Shown one piece after another: positions 8,179-18,428 of a stretch of 32,000 nucleotides of DNA; position 1 is the first letter of the stretch; each line of letters opens with the position of its first letter. The notes below the pieces were generated by a model. It was not told the DNA's origin. It did not search any database and worked only from the letters and a program-made list of their open reading frames with translations. This stretch comes from Candidatus Contendobacter sp. (GTDB taxonomy: Bacteria; Pseudomonadota; Gammaproteobacteria; Competibacterales; Competibacteraceae): the NCBI GenBank assembly GCA_029624675.1, contig JARSSP010000044.1, positions 176,897-208,896 of the forward strand, read 5' to 3'. The position numbers were made by a program, and so were the translations under genes.

Positions 8179-9507
8179 ATGAGTGCCGCAATCCGACACG
8201 GTCTGGCGTTGGCGTTGAGTTTTCTGGCGGGCATTTCGCTGACGGCGGTGCATACGGTCTGGGCCGAAAAGGAAATATCGCCGGAAAACAAACTGCCTCT
8301 GGACGAGCTGCGCACGTTCACCGGCGTGCTTGACGCGATCAAGGAAGATTACGTCGAGCCGGTCAAGGACCGCGATCTGCTGGAAAACGCCATTCGCGGC
8401 ATGTTGAGCAATCTGGACCCGCACTCCGCGTTCCTGGACGCCGAGGCGTTTCAGGACCTGCAAATCGGCACCTCGGGCGAATTCGGCGGCCTGGGTATCG
8501 AGGTTGGCCAGGAAAACGGCTTTCTCAAGGTCATCGCCCCAATCGACGACACGCCCGCCCAACGGGCGGGCATCCGCGCTGGCGATCTGATCATCCGGCT
8601 GGACGACGTCTCGGTCAAGGGTATGTCGCTCTCGGACGCGATCCAGCGGATGCGCGGCAAGCCGAACACAGCGATCATCCTGACCATCGTGCGCGAGGGT
8701 ATGCGCAAGCCGCTCAAGATCAAGCTGATCCGGGAGGTCATCCAGGTCAAGAGCGTCAAGAGCCGCTTGCTGGAGCCGGGATTTGGCTATCTGCGCATTA
8801 CCCAGTTTCAGGCCAAGACCGCCCAGAACCTGCGGCAGGCGATGCAGGAAATCGAGCAGCAGAACAAGGGACCGTTGCGCGGCGTGGTGCTGGATTTGCG
8901 CAACAACCCAGGCGGGGTGCTGAACGGCGCGGTGGATGTCGCCGACGATTTCCTGGAGGAGGGCGCCATCGTCCAAACCAAGGGACGCGGCAATGGCTCG
9001 GACCAGAGTTTCAAAGCGACTCCGGGCGACTTGCTCAAGGGCGCGCCGCTGGTGGTGCTGGTCAACGGCGGTTCCGCCTCGGCTTCGGAAATCGTCGCCG
9101 GCGCGCTACAGGACCACCATCGGGCGCTCATCCTGGGCGAGCGTACCTTCGGCAAGGGTTCGGTGCAGACCATCCTGCCGCTAGGTAACGGCACCGCGGT
9201 CAAACTGACCACCGCCCGCTACTACACGCCGAACGGCCGTTCCATCCAGGCCGAGGGCATCGAGCCCGACATCAAGCTCAAGCCGTTCAAGGTCGCGACC
9301 AGCGCCGAGGGCGCCGATTCGGACACCGTCAAGGAAGCCGACCTGACCGGCCATCTGCGCAACGATGGCAAAGTCCCGGCTGATGGCGCGCCCGACGCTC
9401 GGATCACCGGCGCCGAAGGTGACCCGACGCAAAGCGACTACCCCCTGTATGAAGCTCTGAATCTGCTCAAGGGCATGACCCTGTTGCAAACCCGCAAGAA
9501 CGGCTGA
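8179..9507 (+). CDS. ctpA: carboxy-terminal processing protease (S41 family, PDZ domain)
   Basis: ORF 8101-9507(+). The track start is TTG. The ATG at 8179 follows GGAG and gives a signal/TM-like N-terminus MSAAIRHGLALALSFLAGISL. It has a PDZ block GIRAGDLIIRLDD, then RNNPGG and LVNGGSASASEIVAGALQD...GERTFGKGSVQT (Ser/Lys dyad). Confidence 0.92.
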   Translation: MSAAIRHGLALALSFLAGISLTAVHTVWAEKEISPENKLPLDELRTFTGVLDAIKEDYVEPVKDRDLLENAIRGMLSNLDPHSAFLDAEAFQDLQIGTSGEFGGLGIEVGQENGFLKVIAPIDDTPAQRAGIRAGDLIIRLDDVSVKGMSLSDAIQRMRGKPNTAIILTIVREGMRKPLKIKLIREVIQVKSVKSRLLEPGFGYLRITQFQAKTAQNLRQAMQEIEQQNKGPLRGVVLDLRNNPGGVLNGAVDVADDFLEEGAIVQTKGRGNGSDQSFKATPGDLLKGAPLVVLVNGGSASASEIVAGALQDHHRALILGERTFGKGSVQTILPLGNGTAVKLTTARYYTPNGRSIQAEGIEPDIKLKPFKVATSAEGADSDTVKEADLTGHLRNDGKVPADGAPDARITGAEGDPTQSDYPLYEALNLLKGMTLLQTRKNG

Positions 9508-9544
9508 GCGCTTCTTGCCATACCCGCTGGAGGAGACACCGTTC

Positions 9545-10090
9545 ATGACCACCGCACTCGTTCCCCTGGCCCAAGGCTGCGAGGAACTGGAAGCCGTTAC
9601 CCTCATCGACCTGTTCCGCCGAGCGGGCATCACCGTGACGGTGGCGGGATTGGAAGCCGGTCCGGTCACCGCGTCGCGGGGCGTGGCGCTGCTGCCCGAA
9701 ACCACGCTGGACGCGGTGTTGGATCAGGATTTCGACCTGGTGGTATTGCCGGGTGGCCTGGGTGGTGCCCAGCGGCTGGAGGCCGATCAACGGATTGCGG
9801 CGCTGTTGCGGCGGCTGACGGAACAGGGCCGCTATGTGGCGGCCATCTGCGCCGCGCCGAAAGTGTTGGTTAGCGCCGGTCTGGTCAGTGGCCGCGAAGT
9901 CACTGCCTATCCCGGTATCCTTGATGGACAAGCCGACATCCGACTGAGCAGCGCCGCCGTGGTGCGCGACGGAACCTTCATCACGTCGCGTGGACCAGGC
10001 ACGGCGATGGACTTTGCCCTGACCTTGATCGAACTGCTGTGCGGCCGGGCCAAGCGCGACGAGGTCGAAACCGCGTTGCAGCGGTCGTAA
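9545..10090 (+). CDS. DJ-1/PfpI family protein (YajL/ThiJ-like)
   Basis: ORF 9515-10090(+). The first ATG is at 9545. It has LPGG and the nucleophile-elbow AAICAAP motif, and is about 180 aa. Confidence 0.88.
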   Translation: MTTALVPLAQGCEELEAVTLIDLFRRAGITVTVAGLEAGPVTASRGVALLPETTLDAVLDQDFDLVVLPGGLGGAQRLEADQRIAALLRRLTEQGRYVAAICAAPKVLVSAGLVSGREVTAYPGILDGQADIRLSSAAVVRDGTFITSRGPGTAMDFALTLIELLCGRAKRDEVETALQRS

Positions 10091-10095
10091 AACGC

Positions 10096-11769
10096 TCAAC
10101 CCTCCGTCGGCCAGGCGCCGAGCAACAGGCCGATCCCAATCCCCCCGAGCAACCAGCTCGCCAACGGCGCCTGCCACAGGCTGACGCTGTTCTGGGCGTC
10201 GAACCCCAAGATGACCGCCGCGCTGACCACCAGCGCGGCGCCGGCGCGCGCGTGAAAACCGCGCCGGTTGGCGCGGCGCAGCTCGCGACGCAACTGCTCC
10301 ATCTCCTGCCGGTGCAGGCGTACCGTGATCTCGCCGTCGCTGGCCCGGCGCAACAGGCCATGGATCAGGTTGGGTAAATCCGGCGTCTGGTCGGCCCAAC
10401 GCGGGAGCTGGTATTTGACGCGATGGATGAACGAGAGCGGTCCGACCCGATCACGCATCCAGTTTTCCAGGAACGGCTTGGCGGTTTGCCACAAGTCCAG
10501 CTCGGGGTCGAGCTGTCGACCCAGCCCTTCGATGTTGAGCAGGGTCTTTTGCAGCAATACCAGTTGCGGCTGCACCTCCATGTTGAAGCGGCGGGCGGTC
10601 TGGAACAGGGTCAACAGAAACCCGCCGAAGGAAATGTCCTTGAGCGGCCGGTCGAAGATCGGCTCCGACACAGTGCGAATGGCGGATTCAAATTCATCCA
10701 CCCGGGTTGCCGCCGGCACCCAACCCGATTCGATGTGCAACTCGGCCACCCGCCGGTAGTCGCGGTGGAAGAAAGCCAGGAAATTTTCAGCCAGATAATG
10801 CTGATCGGTGGGGCTGAGGGTGCCGATGATGCCGAAATCCACCGCGATGTAGCGGGGGTCGGCGGGATCGTCGGCGTTGACGAAAATGTTGCCCGGATGC
10901 ATGTCGGCATGGAAGAAACTGTCGCGGAACACCTGGGTAAAAAAAACTTCCACGCCGCGCGCCGACAGTTTCTTCAAGTCCACGCCACGTCGGCGCAGTT
11001 CGGCGATCTCGCCCACCGGAATGCCGTAAATCCGCTCCATCACCAACACCTCGCGGCGCGTCTCCGGCCAGAACACCTCGGGAACGTACAGAATCGGCGA
11101 GTTTTGGAAATTGCGCCGCAGGTGGCTGGCGTTGGCCGCTTCACGCACCAGGTCCAGTTCATCCAGGATGGTCTTCTCGTATTCCGCCACCACTTCCAGC
11201 GGTCGGAGTCGGCGACCTTCCTTCCAGTAGCGCTGGGCCAGACTAGCGACGATGTACAGCAACTCCACGTCGCGGCGGATGATCTTCTCAATGGCCGGCC
11301 GCAACACCTTGACCACCACCTCGCGGCCGCTCCGCAACCGGGCGGCGTGAACCTGGGCGATGGAGGCCGACGCCAGCGGTTGCGAATCGAATTCAGCAAA
11401 CACCACCGCCAGCGGTTGGCCGTAGGCTTTCTCGACAATGGCCCGCGCCTGCTCGCCGGGGAACGGCGGCACCTGGTCTTGCAGCTTGGCTAGTTCCAGG
11501 GCGATGTCGTCGGGCAGCAAGTCGCGGCGAGTGGACAACATCTGGCCAAACTTGACGAAGATCGGACCGAGATCCTCTAGCGCCAATCGGATGCGCTCGC
11601 CACGCGACAGCCTCAATTCCTGGCGTGGCGCCCAGTTCCACGGCAACAAATGGCGCACAAAGCCAATGGGCCGGAACAAATGAGTGGCCAACACGATGTC
11701 GTCGAGACCGTGACGCACCAATACTCGGTTGATATGCAGCAACCGCAACAGTTGGGCGGGACCAAACAT
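10096..11769 (-). CDS. ubiB: ubiquinone biosynthesis regulatory protein kinase UbiB
   Basis: ORF 10096-11769(-) has [30 protein letters not shown] and [11 protein letters not shown]-terminal TM helices are present. The ubiE-ubiJ-ubiB order is conserved. Confidence 0.95.
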   Translation of the reverse strand: MFGPAQLLRLLHINRVLVRHGLDDIVLATHLFRPIGFVRHLLPWNWAPRQELRLSRGERIRLALEDLGPIFVKFGQMLSTRRDLLPDDIALELAKLQDQVPPFPGEQARAIVEKAYGQPLAVVFAEFDSQPLASASIAQVHAARLRSGREVVVKVLRPAIEKIIRRDVELLYIVASLAQRYWKEGRRLRPLEVVAEYEKTILDELDLVREAANASHLRRNFQNSPILYVPEVFWPETRREVLVMERIYGIPVGEIAELRRRGVDLKKLSARGVEVFFTQVFRDSFFHADMHPGNIFVNADDPADPRYIAVDFGIIGTLSPTDQHYLAENFLAFFHRDYRRVAELHIESGWVPAATRVDEFESAIRTVSEPIFDRPLKDISFGGFLLTLFQTARRFNMEVQPQLVLLQKTLLNIEGLGRQLDPELDLWQTAKPFLENWMRDRVGPLSFIHRVKYQLPRWADQTPDLPNLIHGLLRRASDGEITVRLHRQEMEQLRRELRRANRRGFHARAGAALVVSAAVILGFDAQNSVSLWQAPLASWLLGGIGIGLLLGAWPTEG

Positions 11770-11802
11770 GCTATTTTCGCGTCTCGGCGGTAAGCGGTGA
11801 GA

Positions 11803-12414
11803 TCAGGTTGGATCGCCGGTCGCCAACCAGTGACGCAGACGCTCGATCCGCGCGGCCAGCCGGTCGGTATCCTCGCGCAAGGTATCCACCGCGCTCAAAA
11901 ATTGCTCGACCGCCGGGCGCGGCGGCAAGACTCGAAGTTCGTGTTGCAGATATTCGCCGCCATTGTGTCCCAGTCTATCGCCGGTTCGCTGGCCCCAGGT
12001 CTGGAACTCACGCCAGAACCGACCGATCCGATGAGCGGTGGAGTCACCAAGCAGACGGGAAAGCGGCTCTTCCCAATCGATGTCCAGCCGCGCCAGCGCG
12101 GTTTGAAATTCCCGCCCCACGGCGGCATCGCCCTCGACGGTGATATCGCCACTGGCGGTTCCGCGACCGCGCCATTGTCGGGCCAGAGCCAGCAGTGATC
12201 CCCGGATGTGGACCGTCGGTTCGCCGGCGTGCTGGTCCAGCACCCGAACGCCATGGGCGCCTGGCAACAGATAGAGCGTCAGCCCGAAACCTTCCAGCTC
12301 GATGGCGATGACGCTGCCTTCCAGCGCGGCCAGCCGGGCTTGGGTGTCAGGATCGAGCCGCAACACCCGGTTGAGCAGGGTTTCCAGGCGGGTGGCGATG
12401 ACAGCGGGGGTCAC
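11803..12414 (-). CDS. ubiJ: ubiquinone biosynthesis accessory factor UbiJ (SCP2 domain)
   Basis: ORF 11803-12492(-). The extended N-terminus would overlap ubiE by 60 nt. A GTG at 12414 gives VTPAVIATRLETLLNRVLRLDPDTQARLAALEGSVIAIEL, which is UbiJ/YigP-like. The gene sits between ubiE and ubiB. Confidence 0.8.
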   Translation of the reverse strand: MTPAVIATRLETLLNRVLRLDPDTQARLAALEGSVIAIELEGFGLTLYLLPGAHGVRVLDQHAGEPTVHIRGSLLALARQWRGRGTASGDITVEGDAAVGREFQTALARLDIDWEEPLSRLLGDSTAHRIGRFWREFQTWGQRTGDRLGHNGGEYLQHELRVLPPRPAVEQFLSAVDTLREDTDRLAARIERLRHWLATGDPT

Positions 12415-12431
12415 GCGGTGGTTCTCACGGC

Positions 12432-13181
12432 TCAGAACTTGTAGCCGCGATGCACCGCAACCACGCCGCCGGTCAGATTGAAATACTGGCAACGCTCGAA
12501 ACCCGCCGCTGCCATCATGCGCAGCAGCGTCTCCTGGTTGGGGTGCATGCGGATGGATTCGGCCAAGTAACGATAGCTGGCGGCATCGTTGACCACCAGT
12601 TTGCCCAAGGCCGGCAGCACGGTGAACGAATAAAGGTCATAGACCGATTGCAGGCCCGGCGCGATCGGATGCGAAAACTCCAGAATGATCGCCCGCCCAC
12701 CCGGCTTGAGCGCGCGAACCATGGCCGCCAGCGCCCGTTCCTTGTAAGTCACGTTGCGTAGCCCAAAGGCGATGGTGATGCAATCGAAGGTGTTGTCGGG
12801 AAACGGCAACTGCTCGGCGTCGACCTGGGCGTAGGCCACATTGCCGATGGTGCCCTCGTCCACCAGTCGCCGCCGGCCCTCGCTCAACATGTTGGCGTTG
12901 ATGTCGGACAACACCACCAACCCCTTCGGCCCCACCAGCGGCAACATCCGGCTGGTGAGATCGCCGGTGCCGCCGGCCAGGTCCAGTACTCGGTCTCCAG
13001 CTCGCACCCCGCTGATGCCGATGGCGAAGCGTTTCCACAGCCGATGGATGCCCAGCGACATCAAATCGTTCATCAAGTCGTATTTGCCGGCGACCGAATC
13101 GAATACGCCGGCCACCTTGCGCGCCTTTTCGCTGGCGGCGACCGGTTGATAACCAAAATGCGTCGTCTCGGGTGGTGCCAT
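12432..13181 (-). CDS. ubiE: demethylmenaquinone / 2-methoxy-6-polyprenyl-1,4-benzoquinol methyltransferase UbiE
   Basis: ORF 12432-13181(-) has [32 protein letters not shown] and the SAM motif [10 protein letters not shown]. Confidence 0.95.
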   Translation of the reverse strand: MAPPETTHFGYQPVAASEKARKVAGVFDSVAGKYDLMNDLMSLGIHRLWKRFAIGISGVRAGDRVLDLAGGTGDLTSRMLPLVGPKGLVVLSDINANMLSEGRRRLVDEGTIGNVAYAQVDAEQLPFPDNTFDCITIAFGLRNVTYKERALAAMVRALKPGGRAIILEFSHPIAPGLQSVYDLYSFTVLPALGKLVVNDAASYRYLAESIRMHPNQETLLRMMAAAGFERCQYFNLTGGVVAVHRGYKF

Positions 13182-13214
13182 GAATCGTGGACGCCTCGAA
13201 ATCCAAGGATGAAT

Positions 13215-13571
13215 TCAAGCCTGGCGCTGATAGCCAGCTTCGGCCAATCGGCGCAGATAGTCTTGCCAGTGGCTCTCCCGATCCTGGCCCAGGTCGTACA
13301 GGATGTTCCAGGAGTACAGGCCAGTCGAATGGCCATCATCAAATATCAACCGAACCGCGTAATGGCCCACCGGTTCGATGGCGGTGATGTTCACGTTCTC
13401 TTTGCCGGTCACCAGGGTTTCGGTGCCGGGACCATGGCCCCGCACCTCGGCGGAGGGCGAAAACACCCGCAAGTACTCACAGGGCAACTCAAAGCGAGCG
13501 CCATCCTCAAATGCGACCTCCAGAACACGGGATGCCTGATGCAGCTTGATCTCGGTCGGGCGGATGCTCAT
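13215..13571 (-). CDS. DUF971 domain protein (gamma-butyrobetaine hydroxylase-like N-terminal domain)
   Basis: ORF 13215-13571(-) has LEV.F.DG..FELPCEYLRV.SPSAEV and Y.W..L, typical of DUF971. Its position between hslU and ubiE is common in gammaproteobacteria. Confidence 0.8.
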   Translation of the reverse strand: MSIRPTEIKLHQASRVLEVAFEDGARFELPCEYLRVFSPSAEVRGHGPGTETLVTGKENVNITAIEPVGHYAVRLIFDDGHSTGLYSWNILYDLGQDRESHWQDYLRRLAEAGYQRQA

Positions 13572-13580
13572 GGCCGGGCC

Positions 13581-14915
13581 TCACAAAATGTAACGGGTCA
13601 AGTCCTCGTCCTTGATCAACTCACCCAGATGGGCGTCCACGTAGGCGCGATCGACGGTCACCGCTTGACCGGATCGGTCGGGCGCTTCAAAGGAGACGGT
13701 TTCCAGCAACCGCTCCATCACCGTATGCAGCCGGCGGGCGCCGATGTTTTCGGTACGCTCGTTGACCTGATAAGCGACCTCGGCGATGCGCCGCACGCCA
13801 TCCGCCGCGAACGTCAGGCTGACTTCCTCGGTATTCAGGAGCGCCGTGTATTGCTCGGTCAGCGAGGCATCCGGCTCGGTCAGAATCCGCACGAAATCCT
13901 CGACGCTCAGCGCGCCCAGTTCCACCCGGATCGGCAATCGACCCTGCAATTCGGGGATCAGGTCGGAGGGCTTGGCCAGATGGAACGCCCCGGAGGCGAT
14001 GAATAGAATGTGATCGCTCCGCACCATGCCGTACTTGGTCGAAACGGTACAGCCTTCGACCAGCGGCAGCAAATCGCGCTGAACGCCCTCGCGCGACACG
14101 TCCGGGCCGCCATATTCGCCGCGCTTGGCCACCTTGTCGATCTCGTCGATGAATACGATGCCGTTCTGCTCGACCGCCGCCAGCGCCCGCAATTTCAGTT
14201 CTTCCTCGTTGATCATCTTGGCCGCCTCTTCCTCCTGTAGCAACTTGAGGGCGTCCTTGACCTTGAGCTTGCGGGTCCGGGTGCGGCCACTGTTCAAATT
14301 TTGGAACAGGCTCTGTAACTGGCTGGTCATCTCTTCCATGCCGGGCGGCGCCATGATCTCCACCCCCACCGGCCGCACCGAAACTTCGATTTCGATCTCC
14401 CGATCATCCAATTCGCCCTTGAGCAGGCGGTCGCGCATCTTCTGACGGGTGACGGAGTGATCCGGCGCCGGCGGCTCGTTGGCGAAGCCGACGCTGCGCG
14501 GGCGCGGCAACAGGGTGTCCAGCACCCGGTCCTGAGCCGCTTCCTCGGCGCGGTGGCGAACCTTGTGCGTTTCTTCCTCGCGGACCATTTTCACCGCCAT
14601 GTCCATCAGGTCGCGGATGATGGATTCCACGTCGCGGCCCACGTAGCCGACCTCGGTGAACTTGGTGGCTTCGACCTTGATGAATGGCGCATTGGCCAGC
14701 TTGGCCAACCGGCGGGCGATTTCGGTTTTACCGACTCCGGTCGGGCCGATCATCAAGATATTCTTGGGGGTGATCTCGTTGCGCAGTGCCGGCGCTACCC
14801 GCATCCGCCGCCAGCGGTTGCGCAGGGCGATGGCCACGGCGCGCTTGGCGGCGTCCTGGCCGATGATGTGCTTGTCCAGTTCCTGGGCGATTTCTCGGGG
14901 GGTCATCTCCGACAT
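13581..14915 (-). CDS. hslU: ATP-dependent protease ATPase subunit HslU
   Basis: ORF 13581-14915(-) has [34 protein letters not shown], Walker [16 protein letters not shown] and Walker B VFIDEIDK. Confidence 0.97.
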   Translation of the reverse strand: MSEMTPREIAQELDKHIIGQDAAKRAVAIALRNRWRRMRVAPALRNEITPKNILMIGPTGVGKTEIARRLAKLANAPFIKVEATKFTEVGYVGRDVESIIRDLMDMAVKMVREEETHKVRHRAEEAAQDRVLDTLLPRPRSVGFANEPPAPDHSVTRQKMRDRLLKGELDDREIEIEVSVRPVGVEIMAPPGMEEMTSQLQSLFQNLNSGRTRTRKLKVKDALKLLQEEEAAKMINEEELKLRALAAVEQNGIVFIDEIDKVAKRGEYGGPDVSREGVQRDLLPLVEGCTVSTKYGMVRSDHILFIASGAFHLAKPSDLIPELQGRLPIRVELGALSVEDFVRILTEPDASLTEQYTALLNTEEVSLTFAADGVRRIAEVAYQVNERTENIGARRLHTVMERLLETVSFEAPDRSGQAVTVDRAYVDAHLGELIKDEDLTRYIL

Positions 14916-14981
14916 GGCTCGGCTACCGTCTGGGGGTGGGGCGAAAACAGCGTGGCGGGTTGGTCCAACGTGGATTCTGGA

Positions 14982-15524
14982 TCATGCGCCCGCCAGTTCT
15001 TCCAGGGTCAGATTCCCGTTGGTATAGATGCAGATGCCGGCGGCGATTTTCAAGGCTTGCTCGACGATGGCCCGGGCATCCAGTTCGGTGTGCTCCAACA
15101 GAGCCTGAGCAGCGGCCTGGGCGTAAGCGCCGCCCGAGCCGATCGCCGCCAGGTCGCGTTCCGGTTCGATCACGTCGCCGTTGCCGGAAATGATCAGGGT
15201 CACGCTGGGATCGGCGACGATCAACAACGCCTCCAGCCGGCGCAGCATCCGGTCGGTGCGCCAGTCCTTCGCCAGTTCCACGGCGGCGCGGGTCAGGTTG
15301 CCACCGTGCTTTTCCAGCTTGCCCTCGAAGCGTTCGAACAGGGTAAAGGCGTCGGCGGTGCCGCCCGCGAACCCGGCGATCACCTTGTTTTGATAGAGTC
15401 GCCGCACCTTGCGGGCGTTGCCCTTCATCACGGTGTTGCCCAACGTCACTTGTCCGTCGCCGCCGATCACGACCCGACCGTTGCGACGCACGGCGATCAC
15501 CGTGGTGCCATGCAATGATTCCAT
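14982..15524 (-). CDS. hslV: ATP-dependent protease peptidase subunit HslV
   Basis: ORF 14982-15560(-). An internal ATG at 15524 follows GGGAGG and gives [26 protein letters not shown], with Thr just after a short propeptide as expected for HslV. Confidence 0.95.
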   Translation of the reverse strand: MESLHGTTVIAVRRNGRVVIGGDGQVTLGNTVMKGNARKVRRLYQNKVIAGFAGGTADAFTLFERFEGKLEKHGGNLTRAAVELAKDWRTDRMLRRLEALLIVADPSVTLIISGNGDVIEPERDLAAIGSGGAYAQAAAQALLEHTELDARAIVEQALKIAAGICIYTNGNLTLEELAGA

Positions 15525-15573
15525 GCGGTTGCCTCCCGGTTTGACCCGGATTGTACACAATTGACTTTCGCGG

Positions 15574-15601
15574 AAATGGGGCCGACCGCGGAATTCTCAA
15601 G
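15574..15601 (-). promoter_or_regulatory. sigma32 (RpoH)-type heat-shock promoter for hslVU
   Basis: The minus strand reads CTTGAGA-13 nt-CCCCATTT about 50 nt upstream of the hslV ATG, against the consensus CTTGAAA-N13-15-CCCCATNT. hslVU is a known sigma32 regulon member in E. coli. Confidence 0.7.
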
Positions 15602-15610
15602 GTCGCCGGG

Positions 15611-15650
15611 CAAAAAGAAGCCCCGGTTACAAGGGGGAATGGAACCGGGG
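15611..15650 (-). terminator. rho-independent terminator about 120 nt downstream of the PEBP gene
   Basis: The minus strand reads CCCCGGTT-ccattcccccttgt-AACCGGGG followed by CTTCTTTTTG, an 8-bp GC-rich stem with a U-rich tail. Confidence 0.75.
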
Positions 15651-15769
15651 CGAATATGGTATCCAGTTCAGCGAACCGGATATAGCCCGCTCAGGGAGGG
15701 AAGCGGACAGGCGTAAGGGCTTACGCTTGATAACTAAGATGGGGATGATCCGAAAAAGTTCAATGGGGC

Positions 15770-16249
15770 TCAAGCCGAACGTTGATAGGTTCCCACCAGT
15801 TCGGTGCTGGCCAGGACGTGGCCCTTCATCGCTTTTTCCAACGCGGCCTTGGTGGGCTTGCCCAAGTCCGGCAATACCGTATCCAGGGCGTAGAGCTTAT
15901 GAAAGTAGCGATGTCGGCCAATCGGTGGGCACGGACCGCCATAGCCGGTTCGCCCCCAGTCGTTCAGTCCCTGCTGGGTCCCGGCCGGCAAATCGCCGGG
16001 CGTCACGGCTTCCGCGAGGCCGGTCGCGGTGGGCGGAATGTTGTACAGCACCCAGTGGACCCAGGTCATGCGCGGCGCGGCGGGATCGGGCGCATCGGGA
16101 TCGTCCACGATCAGGGCCAGACTTTTGGTTTCGGCGGGCAGGCCCGACCAGCGCAGTTCTGGCGACAAATCCCGCCCATCGCAGGTCAGGCGGGCCGGCA
16201 TCGCCCCGTTATGGGTGAACGCCGGTGAAGTGAGCGTCAGAGTCATCAT
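15770..16249 (-). CDS. YbhB/YbcL-family phosphatidylethanolamine-binding (Raf kinase inhibitor-like) protein
   Basis: ORF 15770-16249(-) has LALIVDDPDAPD, WVHWVLYNIP and GYGGPCPPIGRHRYFHKLYALD. Confidence 0.9.
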   Translation of the reverse strand: MMTLTLTSPAFTHNGAMPARLTCDGRDLSPELRWSGLPAETKSLALIVDDPDAPDPAAPRMTWVHWVLYNIPPTATGLAEAVTPGDLPAGTQQGLNDWGRTGYGGPCPPIGRHRYFHKLYALDTVLPDLGKPTKAALEKAMKGHVLASTELVGTYQRSA

Positions 16250-16364
16250 GGTCTCCTCGATTTGGTGACAACCTAGGTTCCCGATTCTAAAATTTTAGCG
16301 TCGAGCTTGAGTTGGAAAAATCCAGTCTCAAAATCAACATCCCCCGCCAATTGAGGAAATCATC

Positions 16365-16910
16365 ATGAAAACAGTGGCTGTCATCGCTCTTGTAACCTTG
16401 GGTTTGAACGTCGCTGTCCTCAGCGCCACTCACGCCGCCGGACGATTCCATGCGGGCGGAACGGTCGTTAACGAACAAGGGGCGGTCAGTGGGCGTGGCG
16501 CGGCTGTGCGCGGTCCCCACGGCGGCGGCGCGGCGCGCGGCGGTGGTGCGGCCGTGGACAATCAAGGCAATTTCGTCAGTGGGCATGAGGGAGCCGCTAC
16601 CATTAAGGATAGCAGCGGCAACATCAAGGCTCAGGGCGTCCGCGCTGGCAAAACGACTGGCAAGGTCGGCAGTGGCGCCCAGCACCAAAGTGGCATGGCT
16701 GCCCAAGGGACCCAAGGCACCGTCAAATCCACTGGTTCGTTCAGCACCGACGGTGCGGGTGGCGCCAGTGGCTCGCGCAGCACCTCGGCCCAAAGCAGTA
16801 CGACCGATGCCAGCTATCAAGGATCGACCAGTTACCAAAAAGGTTCCGGCGCTACCCACACCAGTACCTGTACCAACGCCGCCGGCCAGACTGTATCCTG
16901 TACCAAGTAA
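16365..16910 (+). CDS. secreted low-complexity Gly/Ala/Ser/Thr-rich protein, unknown function
   Basis: ORF 16365-16910(+). GAGGAAA lies 5 nt before the ATG. It has a Sec-type signal peptide MKTVAVIALVTLGLNVAVLSATHA|AG. The mature part lacks a hydrophobic core and ends with C-x9-C-TK. Two other frames are also open here (16287-16859 minus, 16450-17091 plus), but only this one has both an RBS and a signal peptide. Confidence 0.7.
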   Translation: MKTVAVIALVTLGLNVAVLSATHAAGRFHAGGTVVNEQGAVSGRGAAVRGPHGGGAARGGGAAVDNQGNFVSGHEGAATIKDSSGNIKAQGVRAGKTTGKVGSGAQHQSGMAAQGTQGTVKSTGSFSTDGAGGASGSRSTSAQSSTTDASYQGSTSYQKGSGATHTSTCTNAAGQTVSCTK

Positions 16911-16936
16911 TTATTTTTATAAAGGATTTCGACCAT

Positions 16937-18313
16937 TCATGTATCTTTCACCCGAACCTCGCCGTTCCGGCGGGGTTTGCGTTTTGGCGTTTGGGTGCCG
17001 CCGACTTCAGCATACAGATCATGCTCGTCGGCGCCCACGATCCGGACCTCGGCAAACTCACCGACCGGCAACGCTGCGCCATCCTCGATAAACACCACAC
17101 CGTCGATTTCTGGCGCATCGGCGTTGGACCGAGCGATGGCCCTGCCTTCCTCGTCGTGCGCGTCCACCAGCACTTTCAGAACCTGCCCGACCTTGCGCCG
17201 CAACCGCCGGGCGCTGATCTCGGCCTGCAACACCATCAATCGAGCTTGCCGCTCCTGCTTGACCTCCTCCGGCACGGGATCGGGCAAGGCGTTGGCGGCG
17301 GCCCCGTCCACCGGCGAGTAGGTGAAACAACCCACCCGATCCAGTTCCACCGCCTCCAAAAATTCCAGAAGTTGTTGGAAATCGGCGTCCGTTTCGCCAG
17401 GAAATCCGACGATAAAGGTGCTGCGCAAGGTCATCTCGGGACAGATTTTCCGCCAGCCCCAGATACGCGCCAGTGCGCCGTCAGCGTTGGCCGGTCGTTT
17501 CATCGCTTTCAGAATGCGCGGACTGGCGTGTTGCAGCGGGACATCCAAATAGGGCAGTACCCGGCCTTCCGCCATCAGCGGGATAAGTTCGTCGACATGG
17601 GGATAGGGATAGACGTAGTGCAACCGCACCCACGCGCCGAGTTCGCCCAAAGCGGCGGCCAGTGGGGTCAGATGGGTCTTGAGCGGGCGGCCGTTCCAGA
17701 ATCCGGTGCGGTAGCGCACATCCACTCCATAGGCGCTGGTGTCCTGCGACACGATCAGCAACTCCCGCACGCCGGCGCGGACCAGGTTTTCCGCCTCCCG
17801 CAGCACCTCGCCGACCGGCCGGCTGACCAGATCGCCGCGCAACCGGGGAATGATGCAGAACGTGCAGCGATGGTTGCAGCCCTCGGCGATTTTCAGATAG
17901 GCGTAATGCCGGGGCGTGAGCTTGACCCCCTGCGGCGGCAACAAATCCAGGAACGGATCGTGCGGCCGGGGCAGATGAGCGTGGATCGCCGCCATTACCT
18001 CCTCGCAGGCGTGGGGGCCGGTTACCGCCAGCACGCTGGGGTGCAAGTCACGCACGACGCTCCCTTTCGCGCCCAGACAACCGGTGACGATCACCTTACC
18101 GTTCTCCGCCAGCGCCTCACCGATGGCGTCCAGCGACTCGGCCACTGCCGCATCGATGAAACCACAGGTATTGACCACCACCAGATCGGCCTCAGGGTAG
18201 GTCGGCGCGATGCCGTAACCTTCGGCCCGCAACTGGGTCAGAATCCGTTCGGAATCCACTAGAGCCTTGGGGCAGCCAAGGCTGACGAAACCGATCCTGG
18301 GTTGGTAATTCAT
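16937..18313 (-). CDS. rimO: ribosomal protein S12 methylthiotransferase RimO (radical SAM)
   Basis: ORF 16937-18409(-). An internal ATG at 18313 gives [24 protein letters not shown], the normal RimO N-terminus. It has the radical-SAM CNHRCTFC motif and a TRAM-like C-terminus. Confidence 0.94.
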   Translation of the reverse strand: MNYQPRIGFVSLGCPKALVDSERILTQLRAEGYGIAPTYPEADLVVVNTCGFIDAAVAESLDAIGEALAENGKVIVTGCLGAKGSVVRDLHPSVLAVTGPHACEEVMAAIHAHLPRPHDPFLDLLPPQGVKLTPRHYAYLKIAEGCNHRCTFCIIPRLRGDLVSRPVGEVLREAENLVRAGVRELLIVSQDTSAYGVDVRYRTGFWNGRPLKTHLTPLAAALGELGAWVRLHYVYPYPHVDELIPLMAEGRVLPYLDVPLQHASPRILKAMKRPANADGALARIWGWRKICPEMTLRSTFIVGFPGETDADFQQLLEFLEAVELDRVGCFTYSPVDGAAANALPDPVPEEVKQERQARLMVLQAEISARRLRRKVGQVLKVLVDAHDEEGRAIARSNADAPEIDGVVFIEDGAALPVGEFAEVRIVGADEHDLYAEVGGTQTPKRKPRRNGEVRVKDT

Positions 18314-18398
18314 CGCAATTTCCACCTGAAAACTGGCCAAGGAGAACACGGCTACGCCATGGCGGCCGGACCCATCGGAATTTGATCGGGTCGCGACC

Positions 18399-18428
18399 TT
18401 GCGGCTCAACCTTAAAACTCGCTATAGT
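18399..18428 (+). promoter_or_regulatory. candidate sigma70 promoter for rpmE2
   Basis: TTGCGG-18 nt-TATAGT, about 85 nt upstream of the L31 ATG. Identified by eye only. Confidence 0.4.

Noticed and set aside
10088-10098. Convergent DJ-1-family and ubiB genes whose stop codons are only 5 nt apart, with no terminator
   Set aside because: This is just tight packing. Convergent read-through is possible, but nothing in the sequence suggests a dedicated element.
16287-17091. Alternative open frames across the Gly-rich gene: 190 aa minus and 213 aa plus
   Set aside because: Neither has a start context or a signal peptide. The 16365 frame has GAGGAAA plus ATG and a canonical signal peptide. The 16450 frame would also run into the convergent rimO.
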